From: Hydrurus foetidus
Lineage: Eukaryota
Reading direction: 5' to 3'
NCBI GenBank assembly: GCA_900617105.1
Contig: UYFQ01000023.1
Span: 62,001-126,000 of the forward strand
Length of the DNA stretch: 64,000 nucleotides
The notes beneath the pieces were generated by a model. That model did no database searches and was not told where the DNA came from. It worked only from the letters and a program-made list of their open reading frames with translations. Each line of letters opens with the position of its first letter. Positions within the stretch are counted from its first letter, which is position 1. The translations under genes were made by a program, and so were the position numbers. Below, in pieces: positions 22,893-33,668 of this stretch.

Positions 22893-22914
22893 TTAACGTT
22901 TACGTTAACGTCAA
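22893..22914. promoter_or_regulatory. Candidate LiuR-type (MerR family) operator
   Basis: TTAACGTTTACGTTAACGTCAA: three ACGT units at 6-bp period just upstream of the acyl-CoA SDR ribosome-binding site. Confidence 0.6.
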
Positions 22915-22932
22915 TCAACAAAGGAACATCTC

Positions 22933-23691
22933 ATGGAAATTCAAGGCAAAGTATTCATTGTGACCGGTGGCGCGTCAGGCTTAGGCGAAGGCACCGCACG
23001 CATGTTGGTAGCGAACGGTGGCACGGTAGTCATTGCGGATATGCAGGCAGACAAAGGGGAAGCCGTTGCCAAAAGCCTGGGTGCAAGTTTTATCAAATGC
23101 GATGTCAGCAGCGAGGCTGATGGCTTGGCGGTTGTCGCCAAGGCGCAATCGTTGGGCAAGCTAATGGGCTTGGTGAACTGCGCAGGCGTGGCACCAGCGG
23201 AAAAGACAGTCGGTAAAAATGGCCCACATTCGTTGGCTGTGTACACCAAAACCATCATGGTGAACTTGATTGGTACCTTCAACATGATTCGGCTGGCAGC
23301 GGATGCGATGGGCAAAAACGAGCCCGAATCTACTGGCGAACGCGGTGTGCTGATTTCTACCGCCTCTGTCGCCGCTTACGATGGGCAAATTGGCCAAGCC
23401 GCCTACAGCGCATCCAAGGGTGGCATTGTGGGCATGACGCTGCCCATTGCACGGGACTTGGCACGCAGCGGCATCCGCAATATGACCATTGCTCCTGGCA
23501 TTTTTGGTACACCCATGCTGTTTGGTATGCCACAAGAAGTGCAAGACGCGCTGGCAGCAGGCGTTCCCTTTCCTTCAAGATTGGGCACGCCAGAAGATTA
23601 CGCCAAACTGGCCCGGCATATCATTGAAAACGAGATGCTGAATGGTGAAGTGATTCGCCTGGATGGAGCGATCCGTTTGGCACCACGCTGA
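22933..23691 (+). CDS. 3-hydroxyacyl-CoA dehydrogenase type II (SDR)
   Basis: [37 protein letters not shown]. Confidence 0.92.
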   Translation: MEIQGKVFIVTGGASGLGEGTARMLVANGGTVVIADMQADKGEAVAKSLGASFIKCDVSSEADGLAVVAKAQSLGKLMGLVNCAGVAPAEKTVGKNGPHSLAVYTKTIMVNLIGTFNMIRLAADAMGKNEPESTGERGVLISTASVAAYDGQIGQAAYSASKGGIVGMTLPIARDLARSGIRNMTIAPGIFGTPMLFGMPQEVQDALAAGVPFPSRLGTPEDYAKLARHIIENEMLNGEVIRLDGAIRLAPR

Positions 23692-23921
23692 TTTGTTCAG
23701 ATGCCTGCCCGTCGCGCAAGCACCACAACATGCCTTAAACGGAGGCTTCCATGCTATATTTCCTCTCGCTTCGCTTAAGTGCGATGCATGGTTAGCCTTC
23801 CCGTGGCAAATGTTTGCCTAGGGCCTGTCAACCAAGTGCAAACCTGACCCGTTTCGGAAGTACCTCCTGCCCCTTGGAGGGACGTTTTGAAACTCTAAGC
23901 TGTTATACAAAAGGATACCCA

Positions 23922-24272
23922 ATGAAATTCAAACTCGCTCTGATTGCCCTGATTGCTGGCGCTTCCATGATTGCCCAAGCGCAAACAACCCGCGCTGAAG
24001 TGAAAGCTGAAACAAAAGAAGCCGTCAAGGCTGGCACGATTAAAGAAGGCGAAGTTGGCGAGATGGGTGCCAAAGCCAAGTCCTCTGCTAACCGCGCTGA
24101 TGTGAAAGCATCCACAAAGGCTGCTGCTAAAGCTGGCGAAATCAAAGAAGGCGAAGCTGGTGGTGAAATGCCTGCCAAGGTCAAGTCCACCAAGGCCCGC
24201 GCTGATGTGAAGGCCGAAACCGCTGCTGCCAACAAGGCCGGCGCACTTAAGGGCGGCGAAGCCGGCAAGTAA
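23922..24272 (+). CDS. Small secreted Ala/Lys-rich repeat protein
   Basis: SD AAGGA, signal peptide MKFKLALIALIAGASMIAQA, three RA(E/D)VKA...AG.(I/L)K.GE repeats. Confidence 0.8.
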   Translation: MKFKLALIALIAGASMIAQAQTTRAEVKAETKEAVKAGTIKEGEVGEMGAKAKSSANRADVKASTKAAAKAGEIKEGEAGGEMPAKVKSTKARADVKAETAAANKAGALKGGEAGK

Positions 24273-24285
24273 TTCTTGTCACACT

Positions 24286-24321
24286 CAACAAAAAAGGAAC
24301 CTTCGGGTTCCTTTTTTGTTG
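24286..24321. terminator. Bidirectional intrinsic terminator
   Basis: CAACAAAAAAGGAACC TTCG GGTTCCTTTTTTGTTG. Confidence 0.92.
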
Positions 24322-24337
24322 GTGGTCGCTTAACGAA

Positions 24338-25930
24338 TCAAAGCAATTCTTCGGGCACTAACGGTGTCAGCAACCACGCCTTGAAGCGTAACAAGGGCGA
24401 GGAATCAGGCTCGGTGTCCAGCACCACCTCTCCGTTATCGTCCATACTGGCCCATTGAATGCCATGCCCTTTTTTGCCCAGCTGCACCCGGTAAGCGCTT
24501 TGCAAGCGGTCAATGTCAATGATGCGAATCAGCTCGCGTGCGATCTCAGGGCTCTCAATCACCACGCCCAGCTCGGTGTTGATGGTGGCAGAGCGAGGGT
24601 CTAGATTCATCGAGCCCACAAACGAAGTTTTGCGGTCAATCACAAACAACTTGGCGTGCAGCCGTCCGAGCGACGAGCCGAACAAAAAGGGGCGTACATT
24701 GCCTTTGAGGCGTGATGAGCTAAGCTCGTACAAATCAACCCCCATGTGCAACAACGCCTCGCGGTAACGGCTGTAGCCGGTATGCACCACCGGCTCATCG
24801 GTAGATGCCAGAGAATTGGTCATCACCGTCACCTTGACACCCCGATCGCGCAACTGCTGCAAAAACGTCATCCCCTTGATCCCCGGCACAAAGTACGGTG
24901 ACGATGCAACCACTTCCTTTTGCGCCTTGGCAACCGCCTCCAGTACGTTGTAAGTGACGCTGGTTTCCTGCAACTCCCCTCCCACTGCCCCGTCAAACGG
25001 TTTATCAGGGTGATCCGCAAACACATAGGCGGAACCCCAATTCAGCCCCAAGCGTCCCCCGTCCAAATCGTCAGCGATAGGGGGATAGCCCAATACATCG
25101 TTGGATGGCAGCGGTGCTGGCGCGGGGGTGGTGGCCGGGCCGGTATCTGCCTCGAACTTGGCACGCAGTGCTTCAGCCGTCAGTATGGTTTTTGCAACCG
25201 ACTCAAAAGGATATACAGCCAAGCCGTTCCAGTAGCGGTCAAACAGGCCTTGCATGGCCGGGATCACCGCCCCCACAGCAAACGCATCGACATCAATGAA
25301 ATTTTCTGACGTGCCGCGCAAATAGTATTCGTTTGCCACATTGCGCCCGCCGATGATGGCCATCGCCCCGTCGGCCACAAACAGCTTGTTGTGCATGCGG
25401 TGGTTCAAACGCTTCCAGTCCCCCACAGCAGCCAAGAAGCGTCCCGTTTGGCCTTTGTTGCGGGCACAGCAAAAGGGGTTGAACACTCGGACTTGCACAT
25501 TAGGATAGGCAGCCAACCCGAGAAACAAGTCATCGTGCCCACCAGTGTACAAATCGTCAATCAGCAATCGCACGCGCACGCCACGCACTGCTGCGTCCCG
25601 AAAGGCCCTCAGCACATAGCGCCCAGTTTCGTCATCGGCAATGTGGTAATACTGCACATCCAGACTTGACTCAGCACGACGCGCAAGTTGGATGCGGGTG
25701 TCCAGTGAAAACGTACCCAGCGGCATCAGACGAAAACCAGACAACCCCGCCTCGGGCAGCGATTCTTTGGCAATGCGTCCCAGCGTGGTTTTGTCTGAGC
25801 CTTCAATCGCTTCACTGGTGATGGCGTCTCGGTCAATCAACGGCAAGCGGGTGGCACAGCCCGCAAACAAACTGAATAAAAAACCCAACAGAATCCAACG
25901 CGCAAAAGCTAGGAAGGACGGTTGAACCAA
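24338..25930 (-). CDS. Phospholipase D family lipoprotein (ClsC/YmdC-like); start uncertain
   Basis: Two HKD motifs HNKLFVAD and HAKLFVID; lipobox LFAGC. Confidence 0.88.
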   Translation of the reverse strand: MVQPSFLAFARWILLGFLFSLFAGCATRLPLIDRDAITSEAIEGSDKTTLGRIAKESLPEAGLSGFRLMPLGTFSLDTRIQLARRAESSLDVQYYHIADDETGRYVLRAFRDAAVRGVRVRLLIDDLYTGGHDDLFLGLAAYPNVQVRVFNPFCCARNKGQTGRFLAAVGDWKRLNHRMHNKLFVADGAMAIIGGRNVANEYYLRGTSENFIDVDAFAVGAVIPAMQGLFDRYWNGLAVYPFESVAKTILTAEALRAKFEADTGPATTPAPAPLPSNDVLGYPPIADDLDGGRLGLNWGSAYVFADHPDKPFDGAVGGELQETSVTYNVLEAVAKAQKEVVASSPYFVPGIKGMTFLQQLRDRGVKVTVMTNSLASTDEPVVHTGYSRYREALLHMGVDLYELSSSRLKGNVRPFLFGSSLGRLHAKLFVIDRKTSFVGSMNLDPRSATINTELGVVIESPEIARELIRIIDIDRLQSAYRVQLGKKGHGIQWASMDDNGEVVLDTEPDSSPLLRFKAWLLTPLVPEELL

Positions 25931-26016
25931 TGGACTCAAACTGCGTCCTACTAACACGGGTAACTTGCGATTCAGGGTTGAAAAGCCACTTCCGTTATAC
26001 TGAAAAGCGTACTTTA

Positions 26017-26598
26017 ATGGGGCAAAAAAACGTGATAAACAGTGCAGTAAAAGCATGGGCTAAGAGTTTTTTAACTTTGGTGTTAGGTGTGTCCTGTGCT
26101 GGCACGATGGCGGCCCTGGACATTGGAGAGCCGGCCCCCAAGTTTACGGCACAAGCAGCCCTTGGAGGAACCATCCTCAAGTACACGTTGGCAGAAGAGC
26201 TGAGCAAAGGTCCGGTCGTCCTGTATTTTTTCCCATCAGCTTTCTCTGCGGGCTGCTCTATAGAGGCGCATAACTTCGCCGAAGCAATGGAAGACTTCAA
26301 GACCTTGGGAGCCACAGTCATCGGAATTTCACGCGACGATATCGAGACGCAAAAGAAGTTTTCTATCCAGGAGTGCCGGGGTAAATTCCCTGTCGCGTCT
26401 GACGCTGACCAAGCCATCATGAAGGCCTATGACGCGGTACTGTTTATTCGCTCCGATTACGCCAACCGAGTGTCTTATGTCATTTCACCCAGCGGAAAAA
26501 TTATTTATCAATACTCCAGCTTGAACCCTGCCAAGCATGTGGTCAACACACTCAACGCCTTGAAGTCTTGGCAACAGAACGGTGTCGTGAACAAGTGA
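26017..26598 (+). CDS. Peroxiredoxin (BCP/PrxQ-like), probably exported
   Basis: VVLYFFPSAFSAGCSIEA peroxidatic Cys motif, RVSYVI; N-terminal signal-like segment. Confidence 0.85.
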   Translation: MGQKNVINSAVKAWAKSFLTLVLGVSCAGTMAALDIGEPAPKFTAQAALGGTILKYTLAEELSKGPVVLYFFPSAFSAGCSIEAHNFAEAMEDFKTLGATVIGISRDDIETQKKFSIQECRGKFPVASDADQAIMKAYDAVLFIRSDYANRVSYVISPSGKIIYQYSSLNPAKHVVNTLNALKSWQQNGVVNK

Positions 26599-26796
26599 AC
26601 GCCTGAGCGCATGTTTCCGGGCACAGCCCTGGGCAATAGGTTGATCTGCTTCAAAAGCAACACAATGACGTGTTGATTCAGGGCAAAGTACCCAACACCA
26701 CATGTTCTAAGGCAAACGTTCACTGGCATACTCGCAGTGATAGCAACTGCGGAGACATCGCCCCACCCACTTTTGCACCGAACCTAGCATGGACTT

Positions 26797-28368
26797 ATGG
26801 CAGAACAAACATCCTTTGAAATCGCGCGCGAAGTCTTCAAACTGCTGAGTGCCCGCAAGTTACAACCCACACCTGATAACTATCAAACGCTGTACCACGA
26901 GACCGCAGGCACTAAACGCTTGCAGCCGTTTCCCGAAGAGCAGTTACAGGCGATTACCAAATCACTGCCCATCAAGACCCCAGGGCAACAGCGACTTCAA
27001 GCGCAAGCAGATCACGCTGTGCGCCACCACAACTGGATAGCATTGCAGCAAGCACTCGTAGGCTATACCCAACTCAACCCGACACCACCTACCCCAGAGG
27101 AACTTGCCACGGCAACAGCGGCAGCGGCCTTGGCCGCCCCCACACACCATGGCAAACCTCAGCCACAAGCAGTGGCCATGCCACCCGAGTTCAAAGAGCA
27201 AATCGCCCGTTTGATTGAAAACACGCTGTCCTCCTTGGGTGTGGAACATACCCAACTGACCGAGCAAACCAAACTACTGCTGTTGCAATTTCGGCAAGCA
27301 GAACCGAATTTTTCGCTGCTGGCAACGATGCTGTCCAACTACAACTTCAAGCTCACATTTGTGGCCGAAGAGCATGGAGCGATCAACAGCACGTTGCTGG
27401 AGCTGCTTCATTTAGTTTTTGAAAACATTGGCGAACTGAGCCTAGACGAACGCTGGCTCAAAGGCCAAATGGATGCACTGATGAGCGCCGCGACACCACC
27501 TCTCACACTGCGCCGACTGGAAGACGTTCGTCTGCGCCTGAAGGACGTGATTTACAAGCAAATAGAGGCCAAAGCAGAGGCCATGGCTGCGCAAGACGAT
27601 ATGAAGCGCATCCTCGCCGCATTCATTGACCGCCTCGCCAGCATGACCGATGCCACCGGCAGTTTTCGAGAAAAAATTGAACTGTGTGCCCAAAAAATCG
27701 AAGGAGCTACCAGTATTACCGACATCGCACCAGTGCTTCAAGACGCGATCACCGCTGCCCGCACCATGTCGCTGGACACCCAACGCGCGGGTGACGAGCT
27801 GCGCACCATGCGTGAGCAAGCCGCACTCAACGAGGCCCGTATTGTTAAGCTTCAAATGGACTTAGACCGTGCCAGCGCCCAAGCACGCCACGACCCTTTA
27901 ACCGGCGCGCTCAACCGCAAAGGCCTGGACGAAGCCATAGAGCGCGAAATCTCCACCGCCAAACGCAAAGGCGTGACACTGTGCATGTCGCTGCTAGACA
28001 TCGATAACTTCAAAAAAATAAACGATGCACATGGTCACCAGACCGGCGATGCGGCCCTGGTTCACCTGACCCAAGTCACCCGTGATTGCATACGTCCACA
28101 AGACACCCTGGGCCGTTACGGCGGCGAAGAATTCGTGGTGCTGATGCCTGATACTGCAATTGAGCAAGGCATCGAGGTGATGACCCGTTTGCAGCGCGAA
28201 CTGACTAAACGCTTCTTTTTGGCCGGCTCGGACAAACTGCTTATTACCTTCAGCGCAGGCGTTGCAGAATTAGGTGCAGATGAAACCGGTGCCGATGCCG
28301 TGGTACGGGCTGACCAAGCCATGTACATCGCCAAGCGCACCGGTAAAAACCGGGTGCTGGCCGCATAG
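26797..28368 (+). CDS. Diguanylate cyclase (coiled-coil + GGDEF)
   Basis: DPLTGALNR, DIDNFKKIND.HGHQ.GD, RPQD I-site, GGEEF. Confidence 0.93.
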   Translation: MAEQTSFEIAREVFKLLSARKLQPTPDNYQTLYHETAGTKRLQPFPEEQLQAITKSLPIKTPGQQRLQAQADHAVRHHNWIALQQALVGYTQLNPTPPTPEELATATAAAALAAPTHHGKPQPQAVAMPPEFKEQIARLIENTLSSLGVEHTQLTEQTKLLLLQFRQAEPNFSLLATMLSNYNFKLTFVAEEHGAINSTLLELLHLVFENIGELSLDERWLKGQMDALMSAATPPLTLRRLEDVRLRLKDVIYKQIEAKAEAMAAQDDMKRILAAFIDRLASMTDATGSFREKIELCAQKIEGATSITDIAPVLQDAITAARTMSLDTQRAGDELRTMREQAALNEARIVKLQMDLDRASAQARHDPLTGALNRKGLDEAIEREISTAKRKGVTLCMSLLDIDNFKKINDAHGHQTGDAALVHLTQVTRDCIRPQDTLGRYGGEEFVVLMPDTAIEQGIEVMTRLQRELTKRFFLAGSDKLLITFSAGVAELGADETGADAVVRADQAMYIAKRTGKNRVLAA

Positions 28369-28424
28369 CCACGGGCCGCCGGGTCATTGGAAGTTCGTCC
28401 TGTGAATCCGGGACAATAGCCCCA

Positions 28425-30533
28425 GTGGCTATTCCTCCAACCTTCATCCAAGAACTGATTGCTCGCGCCGACGTGGTAGAGATCGTCGGGCGCTACGTGC
28501 CGCTCAAAAAAGGCGGCGCGAACTTCATGGGCCTGTGCCCATTCCACGGCGAAAAATCGCCCTCGTTCTCGGTCAGCCCCACCAAACAGTTCTACCACTG
28601 CTTTGGCTGTGGCAAAAGCGGCAACGCCATCGGCTTCCTGATGGAACACGTTGGCATGACCTTCATCGAAGCCGTCAAAGACCTCGCGCAGCAATACGGC
28701 CTGCAAGTCCCCGAAGACGATGTCAGCCCGCAAGAACGCCAACGCGCTGCTGCCCAACGCCAAAAGCAAGCCACGCTCAATGACGTGCTCGAAAAAGCCG
28801 GTGAAGCCTACCGCCAGGAATTGAAAATCGCCCCCACGGCCATCGAGTACTTCAAAGGCCGAGGCGTGAGCGGCCAAGTCGCGAAAGATTTCGGCTTGGG
28901 CTACGCGCCCACCGGCTGGAATTCACTTGCCAGCGTGTTCCCCGACTACACCGATGCCTTGCTGGTCGAATCCGGCTTGGTGATTTTGAACACTGAAACG
29001 GGTGAAGAAAAGCGCTACGACCGCTTCCGTGACCGCGTGATGTTCCCCATCCGCAACATCAAAGGCGAATGCATCGGTTTTGGCGGACGTGTGCTGTCGG
29101 ACGAGAAACCCAAATACCTCAACTCCCCCGAAACCCCCGTTTTCAGCAAAGGTCGCGAGTTGTACGGCCTGTTCGAGGCTCGCGCTGCCCTGCGCGATCT
29201 CGGCTACGCGCTGGTCACAGAAGGCTACATGGACGTGGTGGCCTTGGCACAACTTGGCTTCCCCAACGCCGTGGCCACCCTGGGCACAGCCTGCACCAAC
29301 GAGCATGTGCAAAAGCTATTCCGCTTCACCGATGCCGTGGTCTTCAGCTTTGACGGCGATGCCGCCGGTCGCCGCGCCGCCCGCAAAGCGCTGGACGCGG
29401 CCCTCCCCTTTGCCAACGACGTGCGCAGCGTCAAGTTCCTGTTTTTGCCCGCTGAGCACGACCCAGACAGCTTCATCCGCGACAAGGGCCGCGATGCCTT
29501 CGCCCAGCTCGTCACCGATGCCGTGCCGCTCAGCCGCTTTTTGCTCGATGCCGCCTGCGAAAGCTGCGACATGTTGACCCCCGAGGGCCGCGCCAAAATG
29601 GCCAGCCAAGCCAAACCCCTGTGGACGGCCCTGCCCGATGGTGCACTGAAGCGACAACTGCTGACCAAAATCGCCGAATCGGTTGAACTCTCAGGCCGTG
29701 AGCTGATGGAACTGTGGCAAGTCAGCCCCCAACAGACTGCACGCAAGCCCAAGCAGCAGCAACATACCCACGCAGAGACATCACACGAACCCGTACACGG
29801 CTACCCCACAGACTACGCGCCAGCCCACCCCGAGGCAGACTACGGCTACGGTCATGCAGACATGCAGCCATCATCCGATGGTTACTATGAAAGTAATAGC
29901 TACCAGCGCCCCTACGGTGAGCAGAAGAAGCCATTTTCATCCAAGTACAGCACACCCTACACGTCCAAGTACCCGTCCAAATACCCCTCCAAATTCGGCA
30001 AACCCAATGGGGCTTACGGTGGTTTTGGCGATGCGTCCAGCGGTCCTAGCCTGAGCCCCCGCATGCGCCCCGCCAGCCGCGCAGACCACGCCGCCCGGCT
30101 GCTGCTCTCCAACATGGCGCTGTGGGAACACCTCACCCACGAAGACCACGCCATGCTGTGCGCACTGCCCGCCCCCCACGGCATGCTGCTCACATGGCTG
30201 GATGCCCAGGCGCACGAACACGGCGCTCAGCCTTGGGCCGCCTTGCGTGAAGGCCTGCGCGGGCACGCGGCCGAAGCCACTGCCATGAAACTCATGTCCG
30301 CAGAATCCACGCGCGGCTTGCCCGAGGAAAGCGAAGCCTCAACGCCCCACGATGGCACCGAGCTGCGCGGGTTGGTCAATTTGATGCTCGACGACTGGCT
30401 CAAACCCCAAGAAACCGCCGCCCTGCTCGCCTCGGGCAGCGACCCGGCCATGCGGCAAAAGTATTACGACATCAATGCCCGGCGCAAAGCGTTGATGCTG
30501 GAAATCCAAAATACGAAGCTGCAAAACGACTGA
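28425..30533 (+). CDS. dnaG: DNA primase
   Basis: CPFH...CFGC zinc ribbon, YLNSPET, EGYMDV, TOPRIM FDGDAAG, DPD. Confidence 0.98.
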   Translation: MAIPPTFIQELIARADVVEIVGRYVPLKKGGANFMGLCPFHGEKSPSFSVSPTKQFYHCFGCGKSGNAIGFLMEHVGMTFIEAVKDLAQQYGLQVPEDDVSPQERQRAAAQRQKQATLNDVLEKAGEAYRQELKIAPTAIEYFKGRGVSGQVAKDFGLGYAPTGWNSLASVFPDYTDALLVESGLVILNTETGEEKRYDRFRDRVMFPIRNIKGECIGFGGRVLSDEKPKYLNSPETPVFSKGRELYGLFEARAALRDLGYALVTEGYMDVVALAQLGFPNAVATLGTACTNEHVQKLFRFTDAVVFSFDGDAAGRRAARKALDAALPFANDVRSVKFLFLPAEHDPDSFIRDKGRDAFAQLVTDAVPLSRFLLDAACESCDMLTPEGRAKMASQAKPLWTALPDGALKRQLLTKIAESVELSGRELMELWQVSPQQTARKPKQQQHTHAETSHEPVHGYPTDYAPAHPEADYGYGHADMQPSSDGYYESNSYQRPYGEQKKPFSSKYSTPYTSKYPSKYPSKFGKPNGAYGGFGDASSGPSLSPRMRPASRADHAARLLLSNMALWEHLTHEDHAMLCALPAPHGMLLTWLDAQAHEHGAQPWAALREGLRGHAAEATAMKLMSAESTRGLPEESEASTPHDGTELRGLVNLMLDDWLKPQETAALLASGSDPAMRQKYYDINARRKALMLEIQNTKLQND
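29884..29941 (+). repeat. Dispersed fixed-spacing motif, copy in dnaG
   Basis: ACT ATGAAAGTA ATAGC TACCAG CGC CCCTACGGTGA GCA GAAGAAGCCAT TTTCATC. Confidence 0.85.
29940..29999 (+). repeat. 12-bp in-frame tandem repeat in dnaG linker
   Basis: TCCAAGTACAGC ACACCCTACACG TCCAAGTACCCG TCCAAATACCCC TCCAAATTCGGC encoding SKYS TPYT SKYP SKYP SKFG. Confidence 0.8.
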
Positions 30534-30903
30534 GAAACCCGTTGGATTAACGTCAAGTCCCGCCTGCTTTGAGATGATGCGTTGATATCTGCAACGTCAA
30601 AAAAAGGTATAATCCGATTTGCTCTCGGCAAGAGCGACAGCAGCACCTCCGGGACTGGCCAAACGATGCACCTGCGGCACAAATCGGCCTCCTTAACCGC
30701 AAGGACTGCACACCAAATGTTCGCCCCACCATCTTGCCTCTGGAAAACCTGACACCACATAGCCTTTAGCGCCAATGCTCCAAGCACAGCGCGTCCATGA
30801 GATTATTTCGGTGTAACAGCGCTTTCAAACCCCTTCGCACCCGCGCCGGTCTGCTTCGGCGCTTGTACTGCTGCCTGATTTTTTTGACTCACAAGGATGT
30901 TTC

Positions 30904-33303
30904 ATGCCTTCTCAAAAGCCTAGCAAGACTGTCAAGCCTGACGCTACCTCTGGTGCGAAAACTGCAACCAAAGCCACGCCTAAAACGAGCGCTAAAGCAC
31001 CTGCTTCAGCCCCCGTTCAAACTGCGGCCAAAGCCTCTGCCCCCACGAAGACCATGCCCACATCCAAGTCCACCGCGAAATCCGATAAATCTGCCGCTGC
31101 CGTGCAAGATCCCAAAGTGATTGCAGCTGCCACCACTGCTGCCCCCGCCAAAAAGAAAGCCGGTCGCCCTGCAAAAGCTGCTGACACTGACGGCGACAAG
31201 CCCGCCGGTGCCAAGCGCGGACGCAAGCCCAAGGGCGCGGACAAGAGCGACAGCGCGGATGATGCCGATTTGTCGGATATCGAAGAAGAGTTTGCCGAAG
31301 AACCTGTGGCAGAGGTCACAGACCCAACCACGGCTGCGACGGTCGAAAAAGTCAAACCCCTGCGCATGAAGATCAGCAAGGCGAAAGAACGCGCCTTGAT
31401 GAAAGAATTCGGCCTGGACGAAACGGTGCTGTCCGAAGAAGACATGGCCAAGCGCCGCCAGCGCCTCAAAGCGCTGATCAAGCTGGGCAAAACCCGTGGT
31501 TACCTGACGCACGGCGAAATTTCCGATCACTTGCCCGACAAGCTGATCGACGCGGAAACGATGGAAGCCGTGATTGCCACGCTGAACGACCTGGGTGTCG
31601 CGGTGTACGAGCAGACACCGGACGCAGAATCCATGATTCTGACCAACAGCGCCCCCGCAGGCTCCACCGAAGAAGAAGCCGAAGAAGCCGCTGAAGCCGC
31701 GCTTTCCACCGTGGACAGCGAATTTGGCCGCACGACCGACCCAGTTCGCATGTACATGCGCGAAATGGGCACCGTCGAGCTGCTGACCCGCGAAGGCGAA
31801 ATTGAAATTGCCAAGCGCATTGAAGGCGGCTTGATGGCGATGATGGAGGCGATTTCGGCCTCCCCCGCCACCATCGCTGAAGTGATGCGCATGGGTGAAG
31901 ACATCCGTGACGGCAAGGTCGTGATCTCCACCATCGTGGACGGCTTTTCCAACCCCAACGAAGCCGACGATTATGTGGCCGAAGAAGACTTTGACGAATT
32001 CGATGCCGATGATGACGACGACGGCAAGGGTGGGTCCAAAGCACTGACCAAAAAGCTCGAAGAACTCAAGCGCGAAGCCCTGATTCGCTTTGACCGCCTG
32101 CGCGAGTACTTTGACCAGATCCACGCCACGTACGACAAAGAAGGCTACGGCACACCCGCCTACATGAAGACGCAGCACGCCTTGAGCGAGGAGCTGATGA
32201 CCATCCGCTTCACGGCAAAGTCGATTGAAAAGCTGTGCGACATGGTGCGTGCCCAGGTGGACGATGTGCGCAAGAAAGAGCGCGAGTTGCGCCGCATCAT
32301 TGTGGACAAATGCGGTTACTCGCAAGAAGACTTCATCAAAGACTTCGCTGGTGTGGACAAGATGGGCAACAAAGTGCCCTCCCAACTGCTGAACCAAAAA
32401 TGGGTAGAAAAGCACGCGGCCACTGGCAAGCCTTGGTCGGCCATCCTGGCACGTAACATCCCGCCGATTCAAGAGCTGCAGCAAAAGCTCGCTGACTTGC
32501 AAGCCCGCGTGGTTGTGCCTTTGCCCGAACTCAAAGGCATCAACAAGCGAATGAACGAAGGCGAAGCGGCCTCACGCGATGCCAAGAAAGAAATGATCGA
32601 GGCCAATTTGCGCCTTGTGATTTCGATCGCCAAAAAGTACACCAACCGGGGCTTGCAGTTCCTTGACTTGATCCAGGAAGGCAACATCGGCCTGATGAAA
32701 GCCGTGGACAAGTTTGAATACCGTCGCGGCTACAAGTTCTCGACCTACGCGACATGGTGGATTCGCCAAGCGATCACCCGCTCGATTGCAGACCAGGCGC
32801 GCACGATTCGCATCCCGGTTCACATGATCGAGACGATCAACAAGATGAACCGCATCAGCCGCCAGCACTTGCAAGAGTTTGGATTTGAGCCCGATGCCAG
32901 CGTGCTCGCCGAGCGCATGGAGATCCCGGAAGACAAAATCCGCAAGATCATGAAGATCGCCAAAGAGCCCATTTCGATGGAAACCCCGATTGGTGACGAT
33001 GACGACAGCCACCTGGGCGATTTCATCGAAGACGGTGCTAACACGGCGCCTATCGAAGCGGCCATGCAAGCCGGTCTGCGCGATGTGGTGAAAGACATCC
33101 TCGACAGCCTGACCCCCCGCGAAGCCAAGGTGCTGCGCATGCGCTTTGGTATCGAGATGACCAGCGACCACACGCTGGAAGAAGTGGGCAAGCAGTTCGA
33201 TGTAACCCGCGAACGCATCCGCCAGATCGAAGCCAAGGCACTGCGCAAGCTCAAGCACCCCAGCCGCTCGGACAAGCTGCGCAGCTTTATCGACACGCTG
33301 TAA
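30904..33303 (+). CDS. rpoD: RNA polymerase sigma-70 factor
   Basis: [60 protein letters not shown]; long Ala/Lys N-terminal extension. Confidence 0.99.
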   Translation: MPSQKPSKTVKPDATSGAKTATKATPKTSAKAPASAPVQTAAKASAPTKTMPTSKSTAKSDKSAAAVQDPKVIAAATTAAPAKKKAGRPAKAADTDGDKPAGAKRGRKPKGADKSDSADDADLSDIEEEFAEEPVAEVTDPTTAATVEKVKPLRMKISKAKERALMKEFGLDETVLSEEDMAKRRQRLKALIKLGKTRGYLTHGEISDHLPDKLIDAETMEAVIATLNDLGVAVYEQTPDAESMILTNSAPAGSTEEEAEEAAEAALSTVDSEFGRTTDPVRMYMREMGTVELLTREGEIEIAKRIEGGLMAMMEAISASPATIAEVMRMGEDIRDGKVVISTIVDGFSNPNEADDYVAEEDFDEFDADDDDDGKGGSKALTKKLEELKREALIRFDRLREYFDQIHATYDKEGYGTPAYMKTQHALSEELMTIRFTAKSIEKLCDMVRAQVDDVRKKERELRRIIVDKCGYSQEDFIKDFAGVDKMGNKVPSQLLNQKWVEKHAATGKPWSAILARNIPPIQELQQKLADLQARVVVPLPELKGINKRMNEGEAASRDAKKEMIEANLRLVISIAKKYTNRGLQFLDLIQEGNIGLMKAVDKFEYRRGYKFSTYATWWIRQAITRSIADQARTIRIPVHMIETINKMNRISRQHLQEFGFEPDASVLAERMEIPEDKIRKIMKIAKEPISMETPIGDDDDSHLGDFIEDGANTAPIEAAMQAGLRDVVKDILDSLTPREAKVLRMRFGIEMTSDHTLEEVGKQFDVTRERIRQIEAKALRKLKHPSRSDKLRSFIDTL

Positions 33304-33309
33304 ATTCCA

Positions 33310-33367
33310 AGCTAAAAAGCACCTTTCCGCAGGTAGATACTGCGTGAGGTGCTATTTTTTTGTGAGT
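33310..33367 (-). repeat. Dispersed fixed-spacing motif, intergenic copy coinciding with rpoD terminator-like hairpin
   Basis: - strand: ACT CACAAAAAA ATAGC ACCTCA CGC AGTATCTACCT GCG GAAAGGTGCTT TTTAGCT; + strand folds AGCACCT..CGCAG / CTGCG..AGGTGCT followed by T7. Confidence 0.85.
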
Positions 33368-33389
33368 TCAAAAAGGGAGCGAATCACCG

Positions 33390-33668
33390 ATGAATGACCA
33401 CTACGTCACCCTGGGCCTCGCCAGCGATGCCACCCTGGCCGATATTAAAAAATCGTTCCGGCAAAAAGCGTCGCTGTACCACCCGGACAAGAACCCGTCC
33501 AAAGACGCGGCTTCTCTATTCCGTGCGGTGCAAGAGGCCTATGAAATATTGTCGGACGAAACCAGAAGAGCGGCCTACGATGACAACCGCAGGCGCAGCC
33601 TGCTCGACAGCCCGCTAGAAACCGCCCAAAAACTTTGGCAACATTACCTGCAAGAGGTGTTGAAATGA
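33390..33668 (+). CDS. atcJ: Short J-domain co-chaperone, AtcJ-like
   Basis: 92 aa, HPD motif, C-terminal P-X7-W (PLETAQKLW) as described for Shewanella AtcJ. Confidence 0.82.
   Translation: MNDHYVTLGLASDATLADIKKSFRQKASLYHPDKNPSKDAASLFRAVQEAYEILSDETRRAAYDDNRRRSLLDSPLETAQKLWQHYLQEVLK

Noticed and set aside
23692..23921. Possible riboswitch upstream of the secreted repeat protein
   Set aside because: Only short hairpins; could not match a c-di-GMP or other known aptamer consensus
30904..31330. Long Ala/Lys/Thr N-terminal extension of RpoD
   Set aside because: Common in Burkholderiales sigma-70
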